A stretch of 64,000 bases of DNA from Obrimoposthia wandeli (taxonomy: Eukaryota), in the NCBI GenBank assembly GCA_977020255.1, contig CDROCS010001279.1, positions 248,001 through 312,000 of the forward strand, given 5' to 3'. Positions 27,301-42,300 of the stretch are shown here, piece after piece. The notes under the pieces were generated by a model that saw only the letters and a program-made list of their open reading frames with translations, was not told where the DNA came from and ran no database searches. Each line of letters begins with the position of its first letter. Positions within the stretch are counted from its first letter, which is position 1. The position numbers and the translations under genes are program-made.

Positions 27301-30300
27301 TAGTGACTAATAAATGGAGAGTACACTAACTAAAGTCCCACATTGTTATTTCAGAAGCATGTAAACGTAAACTACCTAGTTTTCAAAATGCCGCAAACAA
27401 ATCGTTAAAACTAATCTATTTATGTACGTATTTACTGGTATATTTTAATTATTGAAATGAATTTAACCCGTTTTCTTGTAAAATTAAATTATCTAAAACG
27501 ACATTTAAAAATAACAATGATAAAATAGTTAAGACGGTAATTTAAATGCAAACCCTTTTTTTTTAAATGTGTCTTTACATTTGAGTTTTGCTCATTTGAG
27601 TTTTTCCACCTTTTGGTTTATAGCTTTGTGGATATTTGTTGAATCCCGGAAAAAAACATATTCAGACAGATGTACATTTATAGACACTTCTGTTCTTACG
27701 TGCTGAGAAAGAGCTTCTCTGGAAGAAGTTGACCGAGTTCCTGGATCTGATTGTTGATGTAGTCCCGCCGTTTTCGTTCAACTGAGATTGGAAAACGGAC
27801 TTAATCGTCGAATATACAACCAAATAAACTCGATATTTACTAAATACAGAAAAACCAAATTTAATATATTTTTGTTATTATTTTAGGAAATGGAACATTT
27901 TTTGTATTTTTTTCAGTTAATCAAATTAATAAATGATACTTAATAAAGCTCTGAAACAAATATAATTATTAAAACTCGACATTTGTGGACAGTCAATAAA
28001 AATAAATATGTACCGTAAAATATGAAACTTTTCAATATCATGCAGATAATAGCAGAGAACTATATAAATTATTTTTCTCGTTTTCTTATCGGCGTTATTG
28101 GATTAATCGGTGTTTTATAAATTGAATTACCTAATTCAACAGTCAAATGAATTTTGCACAAACTCTGAAGCCTTTTCCTCGGTACCGATAATTTCGTGAA
28201 ATCTTATAAAATGTTCACCGTAGAAAACTGTTATTTTACAGAAATATATATAAATTGTAAAATTTTATTACTTTTAAAAATTGAATTAAACCTACCAGAA
28301 GCTTCTAAATAAAGGGGAGGAATTTAGATCTTCACGATTACATAAAGTGGAATTTAAAGTGTTAGGTCCATTTAAATGCTAAAATTCAGGTGCATATTGT
28401 AAATGGAAGCGTATTATATTAGAATTTTACACTGGTTTTATATGTTATAATATACTTGTTTTTGCTTAAATAATCTACTTGTGAAATATGTAGTCTTACA
28501 TTTAGACGCTAATATGCATACACATATACGTTTATTTATTTTCTATGTAAGTTAATATGATTTCAAAGATGCACTCTCACTGACAACCAATCAATCATTG
28601 TAAAATATATATAGTAGAAATTTAAACATTATTTTGCTCGTGTCATTAATAAATTAAATATGTTAGATTTTCATATTTGGAAATATTTAGAAATCTAGAA
28701 ATAATAAGGTATAATGTAATTAATAAGAGATATAAGCACTATAGTAAAATTTGAATTTTTGTTAGTTTATCAAAATCCATCGTGGTTTAAAACTACAATT
28801 AAAACTGATTTCTCAGCTAACAAAACTGACTAATAGATAAAAGAATAATTTGTTGGAAATTTTATTTTTAGTCCAAGAAAGTGAATAATTGATAGGGCTT
28901 TATTGGTTTCATGGGTCTGATTGATTCCAATAACGAATGACATGTTAACCTGCTAATATTTACTAAATTTGCGTATATTTTATAAATGAATACAATTTTT
29001 CTATTTCTCTAACCACTATATAATAAACAAATGTTTATCAAATTTATTTTGGTATATCGCAATAATTTATTTTTCATTAAATTAAATTTAGATACAATTT
29101 TAAATAATATAATCCATTTAAATCACAAAATTTATTATAAAACATTTTACAGGCATCAAAATGTTTAAAATTTTCATTTGCCTATTTCAATGGTCAGTAC
29201 TGTAATATTCGGAGCGACACACGAACTGCAATGTCAGTATGAGTAAGTATTCAATCCTAGCTAGAAATGCCCGGATTATCTCGGTCATATCAGGAATTGT
29301 AGATTATAATTTTTCCACATTAACGAACGCTGATTACATCACTTTCTTTTGTACACACTGACTATCGCTAATATTGATTGAATCTCATATTATTCTATGA
29401 TTTGTGTTCACCATGTAAAACATGTATTATATAGATACTAAAAGTGTAAAATAAATTTAAAAAATATCAATGAAAAGGTATAATTCTTCTAATTAAAAAA
29501 GAACTCGGACAAACAGACATCTATTAGAATAGAAAATAATTGTATTTCTGACCTTATTTATTAACAGATTGACACTATATTAAATACTATATTGTAATAT
29601 CTAAAAATATTGAGCCACTTCTTATTTTTAGAAACTGCAATTAAATCGTTGTTCACGTTCCGATGTAGACATATAGTTGCTTAGCTGACGTATATAACGC
29701 TGATTGGTGGCCCATTCTCGAAGTATTAGAGCACCAGTTGTGTCTAAATTGAGGATGGACTTTTGGTGGTCTACTTTTTCTCGAATATCCAAACTACGGC
29801 TGCAAATTATCCGGCTCCACCGTCTAATCTTTGGAGACTTTATTTTAAAGAGTAGTTTACTAAAAAATCAAGGTGCAAAGAATTCATTAAAGACATTTTT
29901 CAATTCATTAAATAATGTAGTGTTATGCATTAAGCTTAAAAACGCTGTTACGATACAATACGATACAATTTTCTGCCTTTCTATTTAGCAGAATTCATAT
30001 TTTTATTTCTAATTTACATTACCGTAACATTTTTAATGAAAATGTAACTGAAAATCCTAACTTTATGGCCCTAGAAAAGTTGATATGTTGTAAATTATAA
30101 CCTATGCTCATATGAAAGTTCCATTTATCTGGAAGCTGATGTCAAAATTAGTTTTCGCATGGCGTTACAATCGGATTTGATTTTCTATTGGTGTGCCTAA
30201 AATTATTATAAAGAAACGTGACATGACAACATCAGTTTTGGGTTTAATTATGCTACTTCAGGGGTTTTCAATCAGCGGTACAAAAAGCTTTCTGTATATT

Positions 30301-33300
30301 GCTGCATTTTCTACGCTGTATTAATAAATAAAACAATAAACAGTCTTTTTGTATAAAGGCTATCTATTTGATGGCAATTGCCGAATGAGTGACACCCAGC
30401 ATCAATTCACACCATATGCGACATAGAATTTCTGTTACACACACTCAAATATTTTAACTTTTTGTACTTACAAGGGAAAATACACTGACATATATGAACA
30501 CAATTAGCATTCAAACTCGTAAAAAATACTATCACAAAAAATTGTTCGTTTTTTGGAAATTTTCAAAAAAATTAAATTATGTCAACTTTACTTAAGTTTT
30601 GAAAAAAATCTGATTTACGTTTGTTTAGCTGTTTTGTTTACACTAATCAGAAAAGCTCTTTAAATTCTGTCAAGATGCGAGTTAAGTCTGATGTCTCTAT
30701 GTTGAAAAATAAAATAAAAAATAATTTTATAAATGAAATTCCAAGGAAAAATTTATAAAATTTAAATCGGTAACTAAAAATGAAAATACATTTAGCAAAT
30801 ATCCATATACATAGTTTGGAATTTTTAGGTTTCCGTAATTGGGAGTATAGAACAGATACAGTTAAACATAAAAATGTTACTGCACAAAAATAGTATCCGT
30901 AATGGAGGGAATTTTTTTTTTAAATTGTTAAATTTGATGTTTGATTTATTGTATATCAAAGTTGGAAACTGGTCCCAGACCTCTCCAGTGTCATTTAGAG
31001 TTTTTTTTAACAACTGTTCACATTTTTTAAAGCAACATTTATGAACCATTATTTGATATTTTAATAAAGTATTTATTATTTGCACCTACTTTTTTAATCG
31101 TATTTGTAATATATTTTATTTATGCAAAATATTGAAAAGTTGAATTTAAGTCATACATAAATATATTACTTATAAAAAGTTATATAATCAGAAACCGTAA
31201 AAACCCATATTGGTTCATAAATATTCTGTTTACATTTAGAAATCTTGTGTTTGTATCTGAATCAAACTGTTGAATGATGTATATTAGTTGATTGAAGACG
31301 AGTATTAACAATGTCAATCATTTATATTTATAATCAAAATTGTGCCAAATTTTGCGGTAGTTAAAACACTGAGGAATCTAAATATATTTAGTAAATATAG
31401 CAATATCATTCATACCACATATTACATAACATAAAAATATTACAAACATTCAATCCTTAAATTAGATAACATCTCACAATCTCTACGATAGAAAAATAAA
31501 AACATAACTGATTACATAACTTAAAACAAAGTAGTAAATTATACATTAAAATACATGCCGTATTTTCCAGACTATAAGGCGCGGCTTTTTAACATTTAAA
31601 ATGGAAATATAACTGGAGTTCATCTATTACAAAAGTGCACAAAACATATGAATCAGATACCAAAACAATCACTATATCTAATTAAAATATATGAAACGCC
31701 TTTAATAAGGAAACTCCTGTTTTATTGGCATTCTAAAAGTTAAAAGGCCGCGTCTTATAGTCCGGAAGATACGGTAATATAAATTTTAAAATTTAGACTC
31801 CAGCCTGGCGAGATATAATTATAGTTTTCTGTAGTTTCCTAAAATATTTATTATATTTTACTGTTAAATTTCTTTATCTATAATCATTTTAATAAAAGAA
31901 GCAAAATGAAAAGTTTACTATGTAAATAAAATTGAAAGTCTAACGTCAAAGAGAGTATTTTTGTGCATATTTTTTATAGTTTGCTAAATAAATATCAAGA
32001 AAATTTTAGTTTAATTATTTATAAAATGTTAAAAATCCTGTTTCCATCGAAAAAGTTGTGTCAATTATATTTAAAAATAGTCAACGAAAATATAATTCTT
32101 CAGTTTTAATCATTTTAATTTGATTGGTTAAGAATATTAAATTGACGACGAATCTGCTAATATTTATAATAAGAAAGAAAATGAGTAAAAAAATGGGTAA
32201 TTTATTTTAAAGTTTGTAATATATTGAATTATAAGTTATTTAAAATAATTTAAATAAAATTTTGAGTTTAAACATCAAATAAAATATTTCAATTGTTACA
32301 ATTTGTAATAATAAATAAATGTTACAAAAATTAATTTGAATTTCAAATAAAATCTAAATTATTAATATTATTAGCTATCGTTTTATTTATATGAAAAAGT
32401 TAATATTACTTATTTATTAATATAATCAACATTTATAATTGTATAATATAATTCTGTCAAAACAAGTTTTGTTGGAAATTTTGATTATTTTAATAATGAA
32501 GTATCCCACTGTGAAAGGTAAATTTATTGTGAAATTAACAGTAATTTAATAAAATTTCACCTATTTTAATTTGAAGTTTTAGTTAACTTCAAATGTATGT
32601 GAAATAAATGAAAATGTAATTCAAAATCAAAGATAAATTTTGCATATTATTTGTAGTTTTTCTATAATAACCAAAAATAAAATCACATTTTTCACGATCA
32701 TGCAACAAATCAAACAATTGACCTTTGGAACAAAAAATGTCATCCATTAATTCTGTACAAAGTTCGTCGTGATGTATCTAATATTTTTATGTCCAAAAAT
32801 AGTGTAAATATTGCTTTTGTTCCACTATAAAAAGGGAGAAACAACACCTGAACAGTGTTAAGAATATCTAAATAGCACATGATACAACTGTGATACGACA
32901 TTCGTTAATTTAGATCTTGGAGTTGGACCAATAATATAAATGAAGAACAATTCAACATACAAACAATATACAATGTTTTATACAAGTAAGTTATTTGTAT
33001 ATGGTTAGCAAACTGTATATTTAGAAAATGATCATTTATTATAATAATGCACTATTATTTAATTTAGGTGAAAACTATATGGGTGACTTATAATGGTTAA
33101 TTAGTTCTTATAAACAGTGTCTTTTAAACCATTTTCATACCTTGATCCATTTTACTTACTGGTGCACAATCCCGAGCTCCAATAAGCGAACAAATATTTA
33201 CACTATATATTGTCATCGGAATTAAGATATTTTGTGATTAGGAGTGATCTAAATTTGAACCATAACCCATAAGTTGATAGACAGAAAGTAGAAAGGAAAA

Positions 33301-36300
33301 TTGGTCAGAAATGTGGGTTATGTGTAAAAGATTCAATCAATAAACTGGGATTTTTTATACGTAACTGAAAATGAATCCAGAATTTATTTTGTCAAAAGTT
33401 TTAACTATCAACTAATAAGAATAAATGAAATGAGAATTTTATAACAAAAGAAACCACATCAATTTTTATGAATGTCACTAAAAATCCAAATCAAAGAAAC
33501 CCGTATTTCCCGGGTATATACATATAAGCTTTACAATAGTTTTTCATTAGCAGTAAGAAAGTGAAATAAAATTGAATAATTCAGAATACATACGTGGTAT
33601 GTTCAATAAGTCCCTAGCCTACCATAGAAAAAAAGAAAGTAATCAAATATATTTTTATTTTACAACATGTAACTATATAGAGTCTATTTTTCGACATATG
33701 ATCAATTTTTGTCGACATCTTTTTTCCAGCGGATGAAAAGCTCCCGAAAAGCCTTTTCAAAGAAACCAGGCTCACATTTATTGAAAAATCACGAACATTG
33801 TTGATAAAATCATCTCTACTGTCGAACTTAATGCCTCTCAAATGCTTCTTAAGATACCGGAACATGTAGAAGTCACTAGGTAGAAAAAAGAAAAAAAGTA
33901 GAGAAAAGCCCATCTCCAGAATTGTCTGTCCTGTGAGGTTTGCAGTGTGCACTGACGCATTATCCTGCAATAGTCACAAAGGTGTGTTTCGTGTTTTGCG
34001 TCTGTTCTGTCTAGTAGTTGTTACAAGATTACTGTAGTATGTTGCATTGATAGTTCTGCCTTTCTCAGGGAAATCTAGTTTTATACACCCGTTGTGTCCC
34101 AAAACACTGTCAGCATTGTTTCTTTTCGATGATTTGTTCCCGGTCTCATTTTGTTTGACGGCTTCTCATTTGGAAACTTCCATTCCTTGGATTAACGACG
34201 AGATTCGGGCAAGTACATAGAAAGAGTTGTTTCATCAATTGTTACAATGTTACTTAGGAAACGGTCACCCCACTGTTCATAAAGTTTCAAATTTTCAACA
34301 CAACACTCCAATCGACGATTCATCATTTCGCCAGTCAAAAACATGGGCATCAAATCTTGAAGACAATTTTCGAATACCCATATCTTTCACCATTGTGTGA
34401 AGGCTTCCCACACTGATATTAAGACGAATGGACAGTATTTTAAAAGAGATTCTGCGTTCATCATTCACGATCTTGATTAATTTTTCCTTAACTTGATCTG
34501 GAATTTCTTGAGGTCTACCTGTTCTTTCATTATCAAACACAGAAGTGTAACCATTTTTAAAATACTTGACCCACGTTTTCACAGTAGCGTAACATGGAGA
34601 ATCGCCCTTGTACGTATCTTGAAGCATTTTATTTATTTCAGTTGCATTTAATCCTTGCAAAACAAAAAACTTGATAACACTCCTGTATTCCACTTGATTT
34701 ATCATAAATTTGAAAATGTGCCACTAAAATTATAAATAAGAGTAACACATTAAAATAAAGTATATAGTTTTTACTTATATATAATTATGTAGTTATATGA
34801 AAAAATCAATGATTGTATCTATCTTTTTTCTATGGTAGGCTAGGGACTTATTGAATGTACCACGTATCAAGACGTTCTTATTTAGATCAACACGCCTTCA
34901 GATTTGAACAATAAATCAAGTAATCCTATTGTATTGTTTTTTAACTTATTGTTTTTAATTCTAACTCCGTTTGTTTCGTGTCTTTTTAATATCAAAAAGG
35001 ACTTCAAAACTCAGTTCAAAATCTGGTATTATCGATATCAATAATATATATTCTATAGAAGAATGTACGCAAAAAATATACAAATACATCAATTTTTGAA
35101 TGATAACAGCCACATCAAAGTTCAGGGAATATTAGCTCCACAAAGATAGGAGCATAAGCAGCTCGAAATAATTATTCACAAAAAATACACTAACAATATA
35201 TGAATGTAATTTTATAGCGTACTAATTTTATGACCCAACATCATTAGATGTTTTTAAAATGAATAATCGGAACTTAACGCCAAATAAGAGTTCCAATGCT
35301 TCTTTTATTTTAATTAAAGACAACAAAATTTAAACAAGTGTAACCTAAGAATGAAAGAAACATGATAATTTTTTTAAAATTATATACAATATTCGAAATT
35401 ATACACAAACATCATTCTTCTATATAACCAACATAATTATCGAACCATTTTTTAGCGAATCACTAAATCAGAAAAAGCATTTTCGAAGCATTCTGAACCA
35501 CAATTGTCGAAGACTTGTTCAAATTCTTAATACAGTACAACTTTGTCTTCAAATATTTTTCTACATACATATTTTTGAGATGGTACAACATCCAAAACAC
35601 CTCTTGGAGCACGATCTGGGTTATATGGCGGTGTGGAATCAATATAAAGCATATTTTTGAAAATATTGTCAAAGTATATATTAGAGCATTATCATGAAGA
35701 TACCATACATAATGTTTCTAGTCTTTCTACTTTGCATTGTTACACATTTTACTAATTTAGTATAATATTCAGAATTCAACTTCACATACTTATCAGCAAA
35801 TAAAACATTATTATTCCTTGTCAATCAGAAAAAAATGGGTATCCATTGCTCCTTTGTGATTTGTACTGCGCCGTACTTTCCTTGTAGGCTTTTCTGGTGG
35901 AAACTTCAATATGACACAAACTCAATATGACACAACCTCAATATGACACAACCTCAATATGACACAACATCAATATGACACAACATCAATATGACACAAC
36001 CTCAATATGACACAACCTCTATATGACACAACCTCAATATGACACCACCTCGATATGAAACAACCTCAATATGACACCACCTCAATATGATACGACCTCA
36101 ATATGATACAACCTCAATATGATACAACCTCAATATGACACAACCTCAATATGACACCACCTCAATATGACACAACCGCAATATGACACAACCTCGATAT
36201 GATACCACCTCAATATGTTACAACCTCAATATGACACAACCTCAATATGACACAACCTAAATATGACGCGACACAACCTTGATATGATACAAGAATTTCA

Positions 36301-39300
36301 GTTAAATTTTCATTAAAACTTTTACGGTAATGTAAATTGGAGATAAAAATATAACATTTTGCTAAATAGAAAGGCAGAAAATTGTATAGTATCGTAAAAA
36401 AATCATACTTAACAGTTAGTATTAATTACTCTATTTAATGTTGTTAATTTCTCTTAATTTTCTGTACCAATAGTTCAAGAACTTATTTAATGAAGTCTCG
36501 AAGTCACAAAATGTTGATGCGTCAACAAATCATTTAAGAGGAAAAAAACTCTCATCCGCAAAAATGTAAATTTAATTCTCCTTCTATATTTATTTGCAAA
36601 TTAATGCTAGACGGAAATGCAAAATCTGTTTCTCTTAACAAACTCAATAAATTCAATAATGCAAACAGAACAATAATTATTAAAACTGAAAATCCGCAAA
36701 AGAATTATCTAATAACCAATGCTGTCAATTTAAATAAACGTCAGAGATCTGCTAGTTATTCTTTATCATCGGAATTAAAGACTGAACCATTTTCTCCAAA
36801 TGCAAAATTGGTAAGCATTTTTATGTGATTAATACCTAAAGATTATTTAATGTCAAGCAATTAAATTGTAAAATATAACATCAGAATTTTAGTTATTGGT
36901 GCATTTTACCTTACCAAGAAAATTAAATATTTCAAATAATACTAAATTTGTTTTATATGGTCTAAAATAAATTATGCATAAATCAAATAGCATATGTTTA
37001 ATATAGCATTAATTTCTTAAAAAATAAAGGAATTATTATTCAAATGCGCTCTACTGATTAGCAACTGAGTAGTTAACAGTATTTTTAAACAGAAACGTCT
37101 TAATGTGTAATTGGTAAATAATCTTCATTACTTTGTTCATAATTACTTTTAAAATGTTAAGATAAAATGGTGATGGATTGATGGAATCTTTTGCATATAT
37201 CTCACTGCTACCGACTTTAATATAACATTTTAGCTGCATTAATAACTTTAATGTAATTTGTTTTTCAAAAATAATGATTTCTGCGCTTCTTTATTTAATT
37301 TATGATGTTTATTTTTTATTTCATCAATTACATGTTAAATTTCTGCAATTTTTACAAATTTGAGCTTGAAATATGTATACAGAGAGTTCAGAGACAGGTA
37401 AATAAAACATAAGCGACACAACTCGATATGACACAACTCGATATGACACAACTCGATATGACACAACTCGATATGACACAACTCGATATGACACAACTCG
37501 ATATGATACAACCTCAATATGACACAACTCGATATGATACAACTCAATGACACAACTCGATATGACACAACCTCGATATGACACAACTCGATATGATACA
37601 ACTCGATATGACACAACTCGATATGACACAACTCGATATAACATAACTCGATATGACACAACTCGATATAACATAACTCGATATGACACAACTCGATAAG
37701 ACACAACTCGATATGACACAACTCGATATGACACAATTCGATATGACACAACCTCGATATGATACAACTCAATGACACAATTCGATATGACACAACCTCG
37801 ATATGATACAACCTCGATATGATACAACTCAATGACACAACTCGATATGACACAACCTCGATATGATACAACTAAACGACACAACTCGATATGACACACA
37901 TAATCTATTTGATACAACCTCGATATAGCTCAACCTCGATATAATGTCATGTTAATCTATAATACAAATTTATAGTTATTTTCTGAATACTGCAGTAGCA
38001 TATGTGTTACAAATACTCACTTCTGTTGTGGCAGTCTTTTTTGTTGCGGTCTCGCACCCATTGCAGTCTCTGGTCATCGGGGATATTGGAGGGAAACGAA
38101 GAGCTGGATGTGGCAGCTGCTGCTGCCGCAGAGTTTGGTGTGGTCCGACTCGAACTAGACGGTGTAAGAGTACTGTTGTTACCTCCGGCTTGCTTGTTGC
38201 TGGTACTAGTAACATTTAGCTGCTGTTGTTGCTGGGAGTTCTGATGGAAGTTCTGAAGTAACAGAGAGGTCTGCAGTAGGGTTGACGAGGCAGCCGTGTT
38301 ACTATTGCCGCTATGCTGCTGCTGATGTTGTTGTTGATGTGGCTGGAAGATGAAGGGGTTGGCCATGTTGGCAGGGCACGAGGTGGACGACTTGAGGTTG
38401 GCGGGTGACTGCTGTGAGTTGTGACTGTGATGTGACTGATGGTGCTGAGACACTGTCTGATTATGATGACGAATGTGAGAGTGCTGCTGTACCAATACAC
38501 CCTCCGGACTGCGGTTTTGGATGCACAGTTCGGGCATTATGCCGTCGTTGCGATTAATTTGCTCCATAATGTCCTGAGCCGATATCTGCGTGGAGATTCG
38601 ATCACTGTTTACCCAGTGTTAAATATGTTCTAGGACACATGCCACTGACAAAGTTAACCCCGGACAAGCTGAACCAGTAGTGAACTATTTTGAGGACATA
38701 TAAATTGACTGTCAGCAACCGTAAAATTTATGAGTGGCCATATGAAACCCAGATTATAACTGGGCATAAGTTTTATTGGATATGGTATTTTCGTAGAAAC
38801 AGTGATCTGAGATTTCCAAATATCAAATGCATTCATATGATATTTCAAATCTGACCTGAAATTTGGGGACACAAAATTTCATTTTGTACTGAACACCCCC
38901 AATCAATATTCAATTAATATAAGAAATCAACAAAAAATTAATTTTGGAAAAAACGTATTAGTCGGGAAGTGAATTGTTGAATCATCGGGTTTAATGTTTT
39001 TAGCATTTCCTTGGCCTATTTTACAGAATACAAACTGATTCAACACTTAAGGTTACTGTAAAATGTCATCAATTAAATCACAAAGATTTTGATGATCACA
39101 GGCAATACTTAATATGCAACATATATATTAATAAACTTTCCCTCTAAAAAATAAATAAAATAAAATCCGGGCCCCATATCCAAAGACTATAGATTGCAAA
39201 ACACAGCTCTAAAGATAAATTTCAACCTAATAAAATTATCCAAATTTAAATGAGACTGGCTGAGTCCATCAACAATCAAATTCTGAGCATAGTCGAGTAT

Positions 39301-42300
39301 ATATCGAAAATTAAGAATGTTCCTATATTAAAAGTAACATATAAATATTTTCAGATCTCCAAAATTCAAAATGTTAATAATAAAAGAGCAATAAATTTAT
39401 TTTAAAAGTTATACCGTATTTTCCGGAGGATTGTTCAAGGGTTATTTATTAATTGTAGTCTCTCTATGAGAATGTACATGTAATCTATTTGTGAGAAATC
39501 GGGTAAACTCTGAGGTTCATTTGCTTCATTTAGAAAATAAACTTTGATAGCCTTGAAATATAGAGTAGAAAGTTTGACAAATTCATTTTCTTTTAAAAAT
39601 ATGATCTATACACTCAAAGTAATATTCTTTTAAAAAGATTCCGGGAAAATAATGGTATTGCATACAAGCTCCAGGTTACGTCCAAAACGAAGAAAACTGA
39701 AAATAAGTTGGATCCACAAATCGATGCCGCTCTTTTGAATGTATTTCTCAGCGACAAGGGGGATGAGTATTTCCGGGGGTTTGATGGACATTTTATGTCA
39801 TTTAAGACAGAAACATCTTATAAATAAACCTTGTTATACATGTAGTTTAATTAATGAATAAATTAGATACTTGTTACCTGCAGTTCACCTAATCATTCGG
39901 AAAATACGGTGCCTAAATGTTTTAAATGGATTTATTTTTAAAATAATTCAAAAAAACGAAAGATTATTTTTTATCTTCAATATCTTGAAAAAGAAAATCG
40001 TGACACCGAGAAACCAAAGAGACTGGAAATTGGATAAATCAGTAAGTTTGGAATATAATCCAATTTCAGTCATTTAAAATTTGATGTCAGTTAAATTAAG
40101 CTCCAAAGGGGTAAACTATAAAACATTGTTGTCAAAGTGTCTAAACACACATCCCTCCGCCTAATATTTGTCCCCTGAATTCACCAATTGTTACTTGTTA
40201 ATGAGATCTGCTGTAGCAACAGGCGCATGGTGGTTAAGGTGTGTATATGTGGGTGGTAAATATTGCATAATTGACAGGCCAATATTTGAGCGCTTACAGC
40301 TCAAATCAGACTACAACTTCTGACTTCGTTTGAGTATACTAAACAGTCTCAGTTGTAGTTGTAGCTAATACATATGTTTAGTTTGTCCTGTTTTCATGAA
40401 AAGTTGTATATCGTGTCACTTGTTGAGGTTTGAGGCTCGTATTGTTAAGTCAACTTCTTTTAGTGAAAGTCAATGGACTCAAACCTCGGTAGAATCATTT
40501 AGAACAATCTGACGAAAGAAATTAATTTAGTTCATAACAACTTAGATTTCATTAATTTGATTTAAAATATATTTGAAAATTGATCAATGTAACTTTCAAC
40601 TATACTTTAAATTCGTAAGGATTTAAATCTCGTCCTCGGAGTTTGTTTATTTAATTACTAATTCCATCAGAAATTTTCCTAAATCCTATATGTTGGCTTC
40701 CAGAGAACTAAGAACGCTTTACTGAGAAACTTTATCACTCCGATTACACTGTAACTAATGTAAAGTAACCCACAACAATGGCATCATCTAAAATTACATG
40801 TGAAAAACTCAGATAAAACTGGTTAATATTCCGGGTTATCAATTAAATCACTTGCAAAAACTTCAACTAAGCCATCAGAATTATATTCAAATTAAAGAAA
40901 AGTGCTAGTATGGGTGAACATTCAATGAAGCTTCAAATCAGAATTAAATTCAAGATCCGAATTATTATCAAAAAAAATCTCTCACAAAATCGCAAACCTG
41001 GAGCAAACACATATATATGCATTTTGATAGCAACAATTATAACTGGGGTTGATCCGAAACTCTACAACAATTTACTGATGAATAAAAGAAACTGTAACAA
41101 TGTTGAGAAATTCTAGAAGCAGCCGACTTTACTATTCATAAAATATTACAAATAATAATGGAATTCACAAAGTGCCTTTAAGTAATAAATCAAAGATTAA
41201 TTATATATTATCGCTATTTTAAAGACAGGAAATACATAAGTTCCACTTACATCTGAGGTAGCGGTGATAGAAGGCTCGATCTGATTCCAGTCCAGAACAT
41301 CGTCATTACCCAGTTCGGAAAAGGCGAGATCCATCGGCTGTTGAGGTTATAAATAAGTTTTGATTTTTCACTATAAAGTTACAATCCGAGAATCATTTTC
41401 AAATGTGTTAATATCAAAAATGTCTTAGATCATCTCCTGATTTAACTGGCAGACATTCAGATAATTTTTATACTCACATTTAACTCCTTCAGTTGTAACA
41501 ATTTCACAATGATTTCGTAGTCTTTTATTTAATTACTGTTACCGTAACATTTTCCTCTGTTATATTTAGAATAGAAAGTTACATTTTTTGATTTTCTTTA
41601 TATTTTATACTTTTTCTTACACTTTTTAAATAATAAAAACAATCAAAGAAATGTATGACTCTATAATATCCTTACCAATATAACATGAACAGACATATTT
41701 TTAAAAGGTAAAACAATGTTTTTACAGTTGAATATTCACTAATTTCTGATTTACTTAATCATTATTTGATTTGGACACAATTTAATCTCCTGAATACCTC
41801 CTCTATTCCACTATTGACAATTTAGATGCTTTCGTATTTTTCTATATCATTAAGTACTTTGACGATAAATAAGATGCTAACTTTTTTATTATTTATTTGT
41901 TAATCAAAGAATTGCAGAAAATTGTGTTCTGTACTGAAGTATATTTTACTAAATGGATTTGATTTTAATTCATAGAAAAAATTACATTCATGAAATTGGA
42001 AAATACCATTTTTATAACCGAATATATATATGGAATCTTTTTATGGAAGTGTTACTTTCTCAATTTTCCATTCTTTTGTATAATTAAGTAGAAATTAGTA
42101 ATAATAACTAAATTGGCAAAAATGACTATTTTTAGAATAGACAATATGAATTATTCAAATTATCATCCTCAGATCAAAATATCGAAGGGATATCAAGTAC
42201 TTTCAGTATTTATTTAATCTTGGTTTTGAACTTTAATCGATCTCTTGAAAACAAATTTTCTCGAATACCCAAACTACGGCTGCATAATAACCGGCCCCAC

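Noticed and set aside
36292-36394. Idea that the duplicate cassette is a circularly permuted copy of 42445-44066 (eccDNA reinsertion)
   Set aside because: The family X fragment in the cassette is more diverged from 42445-42545 than the 1-kb arms are from each other and shares diagnostic bases with the 29.9-kb copy, so it is an independent copy.
37051-37239. 62-aa ORF identical to 43217-43405
   Set aside because: Intronic sequence duplicated with the inverted segment; no coding signature.
37324-37917. 197-aa and 178-aa ORFs (VVSYR / LCHIE repeats)
   Set aside because: Translations of the 15-bp minisatellite, which lacks stops in those frames; no evidence of a real protein.
35903-37943. CRISPR-like appearance of repeat arrays
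   Set aside because: Units are contiguous with no unique spacers, there are no cas genes and the context is eukaryotic.
38002-38633. Plus-strand and alternative-frame ORFs over exon 3
   Set aside because: Shadow ORFs of the GC-rich exon.
40215-40320. tRNA/SINE-like head (GGCGCATGGTGGTTAAGG)
   Set aside because: No B-box or cloverleaf could be built.
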